DNA from: Tricharina praecox
Taxonomy: Eukaryota
Direction: 5' to 3'
DNA length: 64,000 nt
NCBI RefSeq assembly: GCF_024521635.1
Contig: NW_026250403.1
Span: 2,232,001 to 2,296,000 of the forward strand
Below the pieces are notes generated by a model. It saw nothing but the letters and a program-made list of their open reading frames with translations. It was not told the DNA's origin and did no database searches. Positions 49,131 to 62,583 of the stretch are shown piece by piece. The translations under genes were made by a program, and so were the position numbers. Every line of letters starts with the position of its first letter. Position 1 is the first letter of the stretch.

Positions 49131-51848
49131 GGCGGTGGCGGCCAGAGCGGTGCGGCGACTGGGCCCCGCACATCTACTCTACATATCGAGGTACGTTCAT
49201 AGTACTGTGCAGCCGTCTGTCGTGATGGCAGCGCTGCCCAAGTACTATATACCGTGGTACCTAGAGCATCAGCAGAGCAGCGAAGAGTACCGTACAGTAG
49301 GCCCGTGAAACATCAGCGCCCCGTCCCCCGTTTCCCTCTCCGCCTACACACCTACTCTCCTCCTCTCCACGAAAACCCGCCACCTCCAGTTCAACACCCG
49401 CATTCGCGAAAACCGTTAGAGTCCCCCCCTCCCCCCCCTCTCTGCTCTAGTCGACCCCACCCCGCCCCGACGCGAGCGAACGAGCGAACGAACGAACCAG
49501 CGAAATGTGTGGACCCTTTCGATTCCAGCGTCATCGTGCATAAGCCCCAAAATCCAAAATCCAATTCGACGCCGCTGCGGTCCTGTCGATTCGTGCACTC
49601 AGTGAGGGGGGGGTTGACGACTACCTATGTAGAGAAGAAGCGCTGGAGATCTGGAGCAGAGCGGAGGAATGGAATAGCATAACCTACGTAGAGCAGCCGC
49701 TATGAAGTGGAGTAGGTACTTGGGTTCTGAGACCGCGTCGGAGTTAGAGTAGCAAGGGCGGGCGCGCGGGCGAGATCTCGTGATGCGATGCGGTGTGGAG
49801 AAACGTCCACCGCCCGCAGTCTCGCAGTCGAGAGTCGAGGCTCTCGCCTCTGGCCCCTCGCGTCACGCAATGCACCCAGCAGTCTCAAACACTATATACT
49901 CTATCCATATGCGCCGGCGTTATTTCTACCTCAGCACCTCAGCACCTCAGCACCTCAGCTCGTACGATCGGATCCTAATTTCCAGCTACTGGTACTGGTA
50001 ACTGGACTGGATTGCCGGGAGCGCTCTCGCGCTCTCGCTTCACCGATGCAATGCCATGACGTTGTGAAGATATAACTATCGAATTCGAAAAGCAAGGCCT
50101 GAAGGCTGGCGCGACGAGCGGTCTGGGTCCATTGGTCCAGACTCCTAGACTCCAGTCCGAACACATAGATTCTTTAGATGGACGCGTAGCGCCGCAGGCA
50201 GGGGGATGATGGATCTGCTCCACATACCAACCCAGCTGCCATGTAGAGTAGGTACGCAGGTATGTACGAGGTGGGTATAAGAGGATGGTACTGCCGAGCG
50301 GGCTGCACCCTGCCATCCATTACATGTGTAGAGTAGGTATGCACGGATTATCTGCAACCAGCGCGGCGGCAGCCATGGGGAGATGGGAAGGAAGGAAGAA
50401 AGTGAAGTTCCCATCTGTAACCGCCGCCGCCACAATGGCTGGCCGCGGCGCAGAGTGATGCGCCATGGCCCATAGCCCATGGAGCCCTGCAAATTGCAAT
50501 CACAGGCAGATGGGATGAGTGATATATCGTGCGGCTGCAGCATGTGTGACCTGGGCCCTGGGCATTGGGCCTTGGTTCTTGGGCCCTGGGGGAGGGGGGA
50601 ACTGCGCACGGGAATACGGTATGTGGGTAGGTATATAAATCGGACGGTCGGAAGTGCATGCCTGAAACGTAAAACTGAGAAAATCAAAACACGATTGTGG
50701 TTGGCGGAAGCGTGCAAACCTGAGGGATGGAAAGCCTTCCTTTGCAAGGTCATGGCATGATGGGAGGCCGCCCCTTGTGGCGCATTGACAGCGGGAAGTG
50801 GCGCTTCCGGAGTCCGGAAAAGGTCCGATTTCACGAATCATCACCGTGCACAATGCGTCGATACGGTCGACTACATGCAATCTTTGTCAGCAGCTACCTA
50901 CCTACCCGCTCTGTCTGTGTCCTTGCCAGAAAAATTGGATGCTCGTGCCATGCTCCCCGTATGTACATGGCAGTCATAGGAAGTGATGGAAAACCAATGG
51001 ACGTGCTATCATTCTATGGTAGGTCGGTAAACCTGCCTATGTAACATGTGTAAGTTCCTCTTTCCGCCGGTAGGTATGTGATAACCAGCGGCGGATGTGC
51101 TATGTGATCGGCCAAGTCGCGGGGAGTAAGCCTGCAGAGGGGAAGAGGCAGAATCATGAATGATATCGTGTGATTGCCCTTGCTATGTATATTCCTGACA
51201 TGAAGCGAGCTTACTTGTTCCCCACTTCCCATATCTATCTATGATACCGGTATCTCCCCACCTCCAGCGTCCATATAGGTAGACGGTAGTTAACTACACC
51301 CAGAAGAAACAAAAACGGAATGAAGAAATGAGGAAATGAGGAAATGAAACTGTGCTGCAGTGCTGCAAATTGCAATCAATGGAAGACGCTTTGGAGGGAA
51401 TATAAGGGTAAGGGTACATAAGGGTAAAATGGCAGCGGCGCAGTACCTATATGCAATAAGTGTAAAGAAGTAGAAGAAGAAGTAGAAGAAGTAGAAGTAG
51501 AAGCCGTTACAGAAGAATACCGATAGAAAGAATGGAAAGAACAGTAAAAAAAAGGGTCGTAGATAAAGTAAGAAGTAGTAAAAGCAACATATTTGTTCGT
51601 ACTCATTCTCCCTCCCTATTCCTCCGCCCCCTTTCTCTGACTCCGCCCCCGAGCGACTCCACCTCCCCTCGTCAAAAGGAAGACACATACACAAACAAGG
51701 CAAAAAATATGAACCTATCTACTCCCCAGCCGCCGCTGCCGCCACTACCTGCACACCGCTCACCGCCATCCAGCCAACCAATCAAACAAACCAGGAAACA
51801 AAAACAGGCCGAGAGAAGAAAGTAAGGAAATAACAATGACAAATCGCT

Positions 51849-54800
51849 CTACCGACTTCTGTCAAAGAACCACGAACTTCTCTTGTTCTGCTGGCCCTCC
51901 TGCTGCGCCGAGCTGCCCACGGTCCCTGATAGGACGGGGACGGTCGCCGCATCGCCGCCGGGGGTTGTGGCGCCGCCGCCTCCTCCCCGTAGTGGCTTGG
52001 CGATTCGGCTGCCCTGGAAGCTGAACTGAGCGGGTCCGCCGAGCCCCTTGGTGCCAATCTTCGCAGCTTCCAGCCGGTCCTTGACAGCAGTAAGCTGAGT
52101 CTCGAAACTGTGGGATTGTCAGCGGGGAAGCCTTATAGTTACACAGCGAAGGAGAGCAGCGGCATACCGATGGTTCGCCGCCGTTAACTTCTCCTGAGAG
52201 TCCTGAAGGAGACTCTCCAAGCTTTGGATCCGCTCATTACGAGCGATGAGTTTTCTCTCAGCGATAGCAACCTCTTTCTTCAGTCCAGAGTTTTGTTCCA
52301 CCAATTGCCTCTGAACGTGCGTCAGCTGCTCAAGATTCCGCTCCAGGAAAGCCATCTTCTTCTGTTGGGCACGGCTGTTCGACGATCGTAAGACGTTGTG
52401 ATACTGTTCCCTCGTCTCATCCAGGGAAATCTCCAGTTCCACCACCTAACAAGTATATAAAGTAAGCAAAATGTTTTCATGCTTCCAGAAGAAAGAAGTC
52501 CTACCCGTTCACACCGATTCTGCAGATCCCGCATCAAGCTCTTCTTCATCTGGTCGAAATCGGCAATTTGCTGAGCAATGGTCTTGCCATTGGGCAGCGC
52601 TCCATTGGCACCAGCCTTAGCCCTTCTTTGCAGGTCCTCAGCGTTGGCCTTCAGTTTCTCGTTCTCTTCAGTCTTCTTCGCGATCTCCGCCTTGAGATCC
52701 TCCAGCATCTGAGTCTCGACGTCCCTCTTGTTCTTGTATGTCTCCTCTAACTTGGCCTTAACCTCGGCAGTGCCGGCCTCGCCGACGGCACCCTCGAGAA
52801 CGGCCGCGTACTCCTTCTCCAAGACGAGAAGTCGCTTCTCAAGCTCCTCCTTCTTCCGGAAAGCCGCCTCCTGCTCCTCGGTTCGCTCGTTGAGAGAGAG
52901 CTCGGCTTGCCGAATGATTCCTTGCGTCTCCAAAAGCTTGGCACGGAGCTCCTTGAGGTCGTCCGCGGAGATCTCGTCGCCAGTACCGGAGTGCTCCATA
53001 AGGTAATCCAGTCGCTCTATGACTTCGCGAATCATCCGCTCATTGTCGGAGAACACCTCACCACCTAGGTCGAATCCAGCCATCATCTTGGCCATTTTTT
53101 CGGCCTTCTTCTTCTCCTTTTCATCGAGTTGTGCGGATGCATCTTTAGTTTGCATCTTGACATCTAGCAGTTGCTGCTTGATCTCATCCAGCTCCGCAGT
53201 CAGCTCGGCATTCGCCTCCTTCAAACCATCCATGGTGATTTGCGCCTCCTTGCTCTCGAACGAAACCTTCTCGAGTTGCATCTTGAGCTCATTGACGTCT
53301 GTCGAAAGTCTCTCGTTGTCCTTGCCCATCTTCGAGTCATGCTCCCGGAGGAACGCCAACTCTTCCCGGACTTCTTTCAACGCCTTCTCCGCCGCGGCAA
53401 GCTGTGACTCCTTGTCCGACAACTGGTCCTGGAACTCATTTTCCCTTCGCAAGAACTCGTCCCTTTCATCCTTCTCGATCGTAACCGGAGTTGGTGCTCT
53501 GGTGCCTTCCGCTCTGCTGTCCGGCCGCGATGGTGTCGGTGACTCTCGTTCGGCAACCATCCGGGAGGGCGTGTCTGGTCTTCTAGGCCTGGCATCGGGT
53601 TTTCCGGAAGTCTCTAGCTTTAACGAGGGAATCCACTTCTCCTTTGGCACCTTGTCGCCAGCTCTCCAGCTGACAACCTCGCTCTCCAGATTTGTAATGT
53701 ACTGGGTATATGTGAGATTTTGCTTCTGCGCCTTGCCGAGCAGAGACTTGAGTTCCGCAGGTGATAGCTCAGCGTTGACTTTCGCTTTGTTCTTGATAGA
53801 CTTGGCGCGCATACCGAAGCGCAACGTCGAGAGCGTCTCGTCATCGTTGTATGACGAGGGAGAGCAATTGATGATGAGCGTTGTCCGGGAGTTACCTCCA
53901 AGCGACTCCTGAAGAATTCTGGTGAGCTTGGAGTCACGGTACGGAACATATGCTGATTTGCCGTCCGTTAAACTGTTGATGACCATTCCTAGAGCTGATA
54001 GCGATTTGTTGATCTTCTTCGCTTCTTCCAACGTCTGTCCGGATGCACCGGTCTTTCCAACCTTCTCGGAACCTGCCAGATCGACAAGGTACAGCGATCC
54101 GGTCTTCAAGGACCCAGATTCTACGTTCTTCTGATTGATCGTGACCACAAAAATCGAGTGAGACCGCGATGACTCTTGGTTCATGTTCGTGGCTGCCACT
54201 GCTCGCTGCGAACCTCCCCGTCTCATGACTTCGTACACCTCACCTACACTCGAGACATAGATCTCTAGCAGACCCTTGACGTACACACCCCGGTTCTTGT
54301 CCTCGTGGATCGGCAGGTTGTCATTGGCGGGATTGAGAAGATCGCGGACGCGCTCCATGTAGATTTCCATGTAAGACACCCTCACGGTGTACTCAATGTT
54401 CGATGGAGATTGTAGGATGGACTCGAAGATTTGTGCAACTATCCGAGGAATAATACCCCTCGTGTCTTCGTTCTCGATATCGCCAGCTCCCATCATGGTA
54501 AAGGACTTTCCAGCTCCGGTTTGACCGTACGCAAAGACAGTTCCATTGTAGCCGTTCAAGATATCGTCGACCGTGGGCTTGATGGAAAAGTCGAAGATGT
54601 CCTTCTGCTTGGATTTCATATCGAACACTCGGTCGAACGTGAAGGTGGACGATTCTTTGGTCTGGGCAAGCCACCCACTCAGTACGCTTATCCGCAGCGG
54701 CAGCAATGCAAGACTCGCCAAAGAGGAATAGTACCTTGAGCTCGCAGGTGTCATCGGACATGAAATGAACAATCGGTTCACCACCTTCGCGTATTTCCAT

Positions 54801-55014
54801 CGAGTTCTGCGGTCGAAACCGAGCCACCACTACAGTTGAACACCTGAGGTAAGCATTTGTTTCGTCGGCAACTTGCATAAAAGCAAACAAGCTCCAATGC
54901 AACATACCCTTGATGGTGTTGTAGCTTCCGGTTCCACCACCGCTCCTAGCATGTCGGTCAGCTTTCAATTCCATCGAGAAACACACGGCAATTCTAACAA
55001 TATACTTACGCCAT
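51849..55014 (-). CDS. Conventional kinesin heavy chain (kinesin-1)
   Basis: Six coding exons (55014-55010, 54945-54908, 54829-54735, 54661 to about 52506, 52445 to about 52168, about 52108-51849). VVARFRP, AYGQTGAGKS, SSRSH, LVDLAGSE and the tail RIAKPLRGG autoinhibitory motif. Confidence 0.96.
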
Positions 55015-56203
55015 GATTGCTGCTGTACTAAACGGACGTGCGGGTGGTCTGTGTGGATGTCGCTATCGCCGGCACTGGACGGCGGAGGGGACTCGGGGGT
55101 TCGCTCGGGAGTGACCGTGTCAGGGGAGGAGGGGCCTGATAGCTGGACTGCGGTGATGTGTGAACCGCACGGAGTGTTTCGTAGAGACCGTGTTGAGATG
55201 GAATCGGACGGGTAGCCGCGACGGTACAAGTATGGACACCGACTCGACTCGGGGGAGGGGTGGTGGTGCTCGGTGTCCGATGGGGGGGAGTGTGGAGTGG
55301 GGCGCGCGCGAGAACTCCGTGTGGCCGCGTTGGGAGCGGTGATGAAGTCGTTGAAGTGGGAACTGTGGAGGGGTGGCTTGGAGCCCACGTCCGGCGGTGG
55401 TGATGGTTTCGGTTGAATGAGATCCCTTGGAGGTTGTCTGAAGCGGAAATGCTGTGTCCTCTGTTTGGCGATGGTCCTGCAAGTTCCCACTTGGGTAATT
55501 TTCCAAGTCCACAGGGTCTCTGTCGTTAGTAATCACTCTAAGTCCGCCGGATAGGTATTCCCAAAATATCACTCTGCACTCTTCTCTACCTATCTCTACC
55601 AACCTTAACAAGTGGTCCGGTCCAATCGGATTTGTGGACGGTTGGAATGTTGATGAATTTTGTTGGGCAGCTCCCTGATAGCTACTCCATACCGAACTCT
55701 GCAGCTGAAAGGTGCCCACCCAAGTTTGCTCTTTATTTTTTGACGAAAGGGCCAGCTTTGGAAACTCGCTCGCTACTCTGGCTCAGATTTGTTTGACAAC
55801 TCATCAAAGCAAAAGAAGTATAAATATTACAGCCATCAAAAATTGATCGTTCTAGGTGTTGCATACTGGCAAAGGAGAATGACAAAGGGTAACAAAGATC
55901 CATGCCCAAACCAAGTAAGGTGCTTGAGGAAAGAGGCAGACGAAACGAGCGCACACAAAGAAGAAACGAAAAAGCGTTCGGACGAAACGTCACGGACGAA
56001 AAGCCGTACGCCACCGACCCCACAAGCAACCATACCAATCCCAAATGCTGACCGACAGCCTCGCCCTTCGCGAGGCAAAGAGAAAATAAATTGTTGAACC
56101 GTCGGGGAAAGACAGAAAGAGTAATATATTGTTTGTCAACACATCAGAAGTCGTGGTTTACATCCCCTCCGGCCTCAGTGGAACCGCCGTTCGCTAGGTG
56201 AAC

Positions 56204-56902
56204 TTAGCCCTCCCAGCTCTTCTCAACGGTCTCCCTCACTCTCTTAGTATACTCCCTTCTGTTCTCCTTGTAAAGATTGCTGGCTTCGACGTTGGCAGGA
56301 CTCGCAGTGTTCGGGTCGTTCAACAAACTTGGCACCCAGTCAGCCCATCGGTTCCGTCCTGACATTAGATGAGGCACTAATTCACCTCTGTATACTCGTC
56401 AGAATCGCTGCGACATCGTAAGTCGGACTCCAGCGATTCTGCAGGATATCGAGACACAGCTCCCCGGTGGCGTAAACGTTCGGGTGGAACATCTGCGAGA
56501 TGAACTTGACGCCCGGGGGCTTGTTTGGATACTGCTCTTCAAAGTGCATCACCAAGCGGAAGGTACCATCTTCGAAGGGAGTATCGGCAGGTCCGATGAT
56601 GACAGCGTTCCTAAGTCAAGCGGGTTGCCATTAGTAACGTACAACGGCAAAGACGGCCCTACAGAGTATCGTACCATGTCATGACATTGTCGCTAATGGG
56701 AGAAGCACTGACACCAGCTGGCGGGTCGGTCTGCATACGCTGGAAGGACAAGAGTCAGTTATGCTTCGCATAGTAAACAAGGTTGAACGCCACACGTGAC
56801 ACTCGGAGCTACCGGGAGCTCGCAAAGCGTGGGGAAACGGAACGCAGAGAGAAGACTAACCTTGAAGTCGCGCATCAGACGGCGGCGAGCGGAGGTAGAC
56901 AT
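56204..56902 (-). CDS. RAD6: Ubiquitin-conjugating enzyme E2 Rad6/Ubc2
   Basis: Four exons. [48 protein letters not shown] and [10 protein letters not shown]. No acidic tail. Confidence 0.95.
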
Positions 56903-57674
56903 GATGGCGATGGGTCGTTGCCAGCAGTGGCGTAGGTGCCGGAGTGAGTTCGGTACAACTGTTTGGTTCGGGGAGCGCTTCACGATAACGGAGGGGAGTG
57001 AGCTTGTCGGAGGCTAACAGCGAGAGGGGAAGGAAGGAGGGAAGGCTGGGGCTGAACAAGTATGGCGCAAAAGCACTCCAGAGTTTGCAGGGGTACGAGG
57101 ATTAATCAGCACCGCGCTAGGCGCCGATGACGGAGGACAAGACGCCACCGGAACCTCCCGACAGCGGGCTCGGGATCAGGATCACGAAAGCATAGTTGAG
57201 GGTCAGGTGCTTCTGGCTACATCGTAAGAAGACACCTCCCGACAGAACTAGAGTATTTAGACAGGAGTGTCCCGCCCTGCCGAAAATCGCAGGCAGTCCA
57301 CCGATCGTTCGTACATGGCGAAGAGCTGTCGGCGTGGGTCGCCTCGTGCTGGCCTATGGGATTGTTTCACAGTCAGGGCCACAGGTGAACTGTTGGGCTG
57401 TTTCCACAAAAGCAACAACTCAAACAGACCAAGTCTCACCGTTCTCAGAGCTTCTGGATATCGCCACAATGTCGGGCGAAAGGGCGTGTTGCTCGTTGCT
57501 GAGCACCACCAGCCCCCACCTCGGCTATCCGCGGGGAGGACCCGCATCACATGCCATGCCACAGCTCAGCTCCGAACTTGAGATGATGAGACAAATAGGA
57601 TTTCAACACGCTTCCTTCCTCCACATCCGCTTTGGATCTCTCCTTCATCCGAACTCCCAACCTCCTAAACAGCC

Positions 57675-59001
57675 ATGTCGTTCGTTTCAAGAGCCTTACG
57701 GGCCAACAATATCGCCCTTACCGCAGTACCGTCTCGCCGCCTGAGCTCCTCTGCCGCCTGCTGGGCAAACGATGCCTACATTCTGTCAGCGGCACGAACC
57801 GCCACTGGAAAAGTTAATCTCCACGCCTGTTATGGTTTTGTGGTGGTATCTAACAAGATTGCAGTTCAACGGCGGCTTCAAAGACGTCCCTGCGCCCGTC
57901 CTCGGTAGCCATGTGGTAAAGGCGGCGCTACAACGTTCCGGCGTCCCAGCGGAGCGAGTGACCGACCTCTACTTCGGCAATGTCCTCCAGGGTGGCGTTG
58001 GCCAATCGCCGGCACGGCAAGTTGTGATGTTCTCTGGACTGCCAGAGACCACAGAAGCCGTGACCATCAACAAAGTTTGCGCATCTGGGCTCAAGGCAGT
58101 CGTGTTCGCTGCCCAAAACATCCAGCTCGGGCTGTCGGACGTGATGGTGGCGGGAGGAATGGAGAGCATGAGCCGAGTTCCACACTACTTGAGCCGGAAT
58201 GCACCGCCATTTGGACACCAAAAGCTTGAGGATGGTTTGATCAAGGACGGACTGTGGGACGTGTACGACCAGATCCACATGGGCAACTGCGCGGAGAACA
58301 CCGCCAAGAAGCTGAACATCAGCCGAGAGGCGCAGGACGCATACGCCATCGAGTCCTACCGCCGTGCAAAGGCTGCCTGGGAACGGGGCCAGTTCAAAGC
58401 CGAGATCGTCCCAGTTAAGGTGCCCTCGCGGAAAGGCGAAGTCGTGGTTGAGATCGACGAGGAGTACGAGGCCGTCAATATCTCCAAAATTCCCACACTG
58501 AAGCCAGCATTCCAGAAGGAGGGGGGCACCGTGACTGCCGCTAACTCCAGCACTTTCTCCGATGGTGCCTCCGCCCTCGTTCTCGGGTCTCAGGATATTG
58601 CTCAGGAATACGGTGGCAGCAAAGACGGAGTTTTGGCACGGATCGTGGGTTACGCCGACGCAGCTACGAAGCCAATTGATTTCCCGCTTGCACCTACTCT
58701 TGCCATCCCACTGGCGCTTTCGAGAGCTGGCCTCGAGACGAAAGATATCGCCAAATGGGAGATCAACGAAGCGTTTGCGGCGGTGAGCAAGGCAATCGGG
58801 CAAATTCTGGACTTGGATGCTGAGAAGGTCAACGTTAATGGTGGTGCGATTGCATTGGGGCATGCTCTGGGAAGCTCCGGAAGTCGAATCCTGACGAGTT
58901 TGTTGTACACCTTGAAGCCTGGCGAGTTTGGAGTGGCAGCTATCTGCAATGGTGGAGGTGGTTCAACTGCGGTGGTGGTACAAAGGATTGACCATGTGTG
59001 A
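57675..59001 (+). CDS. Acetyl-CoA C-acetyltransferase (thiolase II), probably mitochondrial
   Basis: Exons 57675-57812 and 57865-59001. Arg/Ser-rich presequence, [20 protein letters not shown] and ICNGGGG. Confidence 0.93.
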
Positions 59002-59593
59002 GTACGAACGGGAGCGTGGTGTGGCTTGTAAAAGTCGTCGGTTGGTGTACATCCATAAAGCGGTTGCCTTTCTTCTTTTAGGACGAAGAGTGGAATGAGA
59101 TGCACATTCTTCTTTTGCAAACTCTGGTTCAATACTGTTGATAAATCATACAATGGTGGTGCGTGAATTCGAATTCGTTCTGTTTGTGAGGTGGCCACAG
59201 CAGGCCCCATAGCGGCGGTGGAGTTTTCTTGGTTTCATTATTTTGCATTCGACTGTGACCGATCACGACAACGTAGTGATGAGCCTTTATATTCTCTATT
59301 TAATTATCATTGCATTCGACCCTGTTCGATGCGGCAGATACTACGCAGCGATGAACCAATCTCAGCCGGATACTTCAATTTTCACTCCTAAGAGTGACAT
59401 TTTATGAGCATAACACCTCGTGGTTCGACCGAACTTGTTCCTCGTCCTTGGATCTGTGCTAGCATTGCCAAAGTCGGACAGTGTCCAAGTATGTCAGTGC
59501 TACTACGGCTTCCGGATGCAACCTGCTTCTGACTTCACTACATCTCACTCATCTCGATCACTAATTAGTCCCACATTGATAGTGTCTCTATTT

Positions 59594-59900
59594 ACGCGAC
59601 GTACCGTCTTGGCGCGTGTTGGGGTGTTGTCGCGCGCTCACCCAAAAACTTAGGAACACGCAAAACAACAACAGCTTACGCCTTACGATTACCCAAGCGT
59701 CCGCAACGTCAAATGTCCTCCTAAACATCACTTGTCCGAGTACCTCAAGAATCCCGTTCTCGTCTGTCCCTACCAGTCCAAGTCGACACGAGCCCTTCGC
59801 ATTCGAACCCATTTCCAACGCGTCCCCTAGAGACCCCCGAACGTTCCCACCATCCACCTCGAACCCACCTCTAGATCCAAGAACACAGTTCAACGCGAAA
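59594..59900 (+). promoter_or_regulatory. Cluster of MCB-like elements upstream of CDC45
   Basis: ACGCGA 59594, CGCGT 59613, CGCGCG near 59631, ACGCGT 59818 and ACGCGAAA 59893. Consistent with MBF control of replication genes. Confidence 0.55.
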
Positions 59901-59999
59901 CATCACTCGCCAGAGCAGAAGAATCCATACTCGCAATTCTGGATTCGATAGGCGGAAGTCAAGCCAGTGCAATACACGCCACACCCTTACTTCTCCCTA

Positions 60000-62583
60000 A
60001 TGTACATTCCACGCTCCCTTTTCTCGTCCGCCTACGCCCACTTGAAAGAGAACGCAAACCCTTCGACAACCTCGGTTTTGATCCTGTGCGCCCTCGACAC
60101 CGATTCCCTATGTGCAGCACGCATCCTCGCATCCCTCCTGAAGCGAGACTACATTCTGCACCAGATCAAGCCGGTAGCCGGGTATCAAGACCTCGAGAAG
60201 GTGAATGAGAAGTTGGTCAAAGGCAACGATGAATTGAAGTTTATTGTGTGTCTGGGGTTGGGGGGATTGGTTGATATGTCGGCATTTCTGGAACTTACGA
60301 GAGAAGATGGTTTAGAGTGCTGGGTCATAGACGGACGGAGGCCGTGGAATTTGTACAATGTCTATGCTGGTGGGAAGGAGGGCGATGAAGACGTTGCTGC
60401 TAGAGGTGGAAAGGTTACGGGCGGTCGTCATGGCGTTGGCGAGAGTGTTGGCGGGATCAAGTGCTTTGACGACGGTGATATTGCGGAGGAGATGCAACGG
60501 GAGCGAGACGCGTTCAAGGTCTTGATCGATATGCCGGAGATAGATGATGACAGCGACAGCGACGAGGACGACGACGATGACAACGAAGAGACAGTGGTTA
60601 GTGATGGCGAGGAAGGAGAGGGCGGCGTCGATCTCGACCTACACAGTAGCCAGAATAGCGGCCGTAAACGGAAGAGTTCCAACGATCCGATGGAAGATAG
60701 CGAAGACGAGGATGGTGCAGCCAGATCACGACGGCCACGGATAGACAGCGATGCGGGGGTAATTGTTTGTCTCCTCCTTTTCCTCCGCGGGCGGTAACTG
60801 ATGCATGATAGTCTTCCGGCACCTCCACTCCTGTACTTCACAAACATACCCTCCTCTCGCATGCGTCCTCTCGCCCCATGGGATCGTCGCCCCCACCACT
60901 AGGCGGTGGCAGTGATCTCGTTCCTACTTCACCATCACAGCATCTCCCATCGGAACCGCAGCTACCACTCCCTGGAGTATCAGCTGCAACTCTCCGCCGT
61001 AAACTTCGCCGATTACGACGGAAACATGAGTCGACAATCGTGGCATATTATTCACAGGGAACCTGGTACGGCGAACCTGTTTCGAGTCTTCTTTACTCCC
61101 TCGCTGCCGATTTGGGCCGTGAAGACAACGACATCCTTTGGCTCTCCATTGTCGGAGTGTGTGCCGGTGAAACATACGGCCGCACTATAAACTCTGGGCC
61201 TCCTCGAATTGCCGGTGGTGGATGGGGTGCCGATACTCGTGAGGATCAGATACGCGGCATTCTGAAGGATGAAGTTCGCCGGTTGAACCCACCTGATCTG
61301 AATGGATCTTCAGCTATGGGCTCCGGAAACGCCAATGGTGTTTCGGGAGTCACAGCCCTGCAGACGACGGCACGATCACCTTCCGACACGAGCATACGTA
61401 TCAGCCCGGAATATCGGTTCATGCTGATCAGGCACTGGTCGCTATACGATTCTATGTTGCATTCGTCGTATCTCGGGACGAAGCTACACATCTGGTCCGA
61501 AAGTGGACGGAAGCGGCTCCACAAACTGTTGGCAAAGATGGGTTTCAGCCTCAGCCAGTGTAAGCAGAGCTACACACACATGGACATGGATCTTAAACGG
61601 ACATTAAAGGAGAAGCTCGAGCGATACGCACCGCTCTACGGTCTGGATGGTGTCGTGAAAGAAGGGTTCGTGCGCTGCTGGGGATGGCGGGGATGTCTCA
61701 GCGCGGCAGATGTTGCGTACGTCGTTGGCGGAATCCTCGAAGTCGGGAAGGGCAAGAAGGCGGGACAGAAGAGTGGCTTGGTTGATCCTAATGAAGAAAT
61801 CAGCGAAGAAGCGGGCCGTCTAGAGGAAGAAAAGGAAGTTGAGGAGTGGATCACCAACTTCTGGGATGCCTACGATTCTTTGACCAAGTAAGTTTTCTCA
61901 CTCTTACACGCCGACCACACCACTAACGGGTGCCCAATAGTGTTGAGCAACTCAAATCAGCCCTTCCCATCGCCATGAACCTTCATCGAGCCATCTTACG
62001 CACCGGAACGGCGCTAATCGAGAAGCGTCAAATCCGCTTGTTGAAAGCCTTTCGCCTTGCGGTCGTAAAAGAGGGCCCTGATCTCGCAGTGTTTACACAT
62101 CCTAACGCACTCTCGAAGCTGGCACTCTGGATATCAGAAGCCATTCTGGAGCAGGAACGTGAAGCTTCGAAGAAGAAGCATTTGCCGCTTGTTGTTGCCT
62201 CGCTGAACGAGCGGAGGGGCGTCTATGTCGTCGTCGGAACCGCTCTCGGATCGCATGTCGCCAATACCCTCAAAATCCAGAAGAAGAAAGAGGAGGCCGC
62301 CAAACAAGCCGAGAAGGATGAAACACGGCGGAAGCTCGAAGAGGAGGGTCTTGACGACGAAGAGGAGGAGGAAGAGGACGACAGTGACGATGACAGCGAC
62401 GACGAGCATGAAATGGAGCGGAAGGGCGGAAGGAATCGTTTCGGTATTGCTTTCCAAGACGTGGCCACTTCCACCCAGGCACGTATCCGGATCGACAGCT
62501 TCGAATCGACGGTAGTTGAGGTCAAGCGAGACGATCTTGCGGGCTTCCTCGAGTCGCTTTCCCTTAACCTGAATCTCCAGTGA
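60000..62583 (+). CDS. CDC45: DNA replication initiation factor Cdc45
   Basis: Exons 60000-60758, 60812-61887, 61941-62583. ALDTDSLCA, IDGRRPWNLYN, LIRHWSLYDSM, LLAKMG and NRFGIAFQ. Confidence 0.95.

Noticed and set aside
58999-59031. Readthrough-derived peroxisomal signal on thiolase (BNA4 and the PhyH gene also checked)
   Set aside because: The extensions are short, the stop contexts are not TGA-CTA and none ends in an SKL-like tripeptide.
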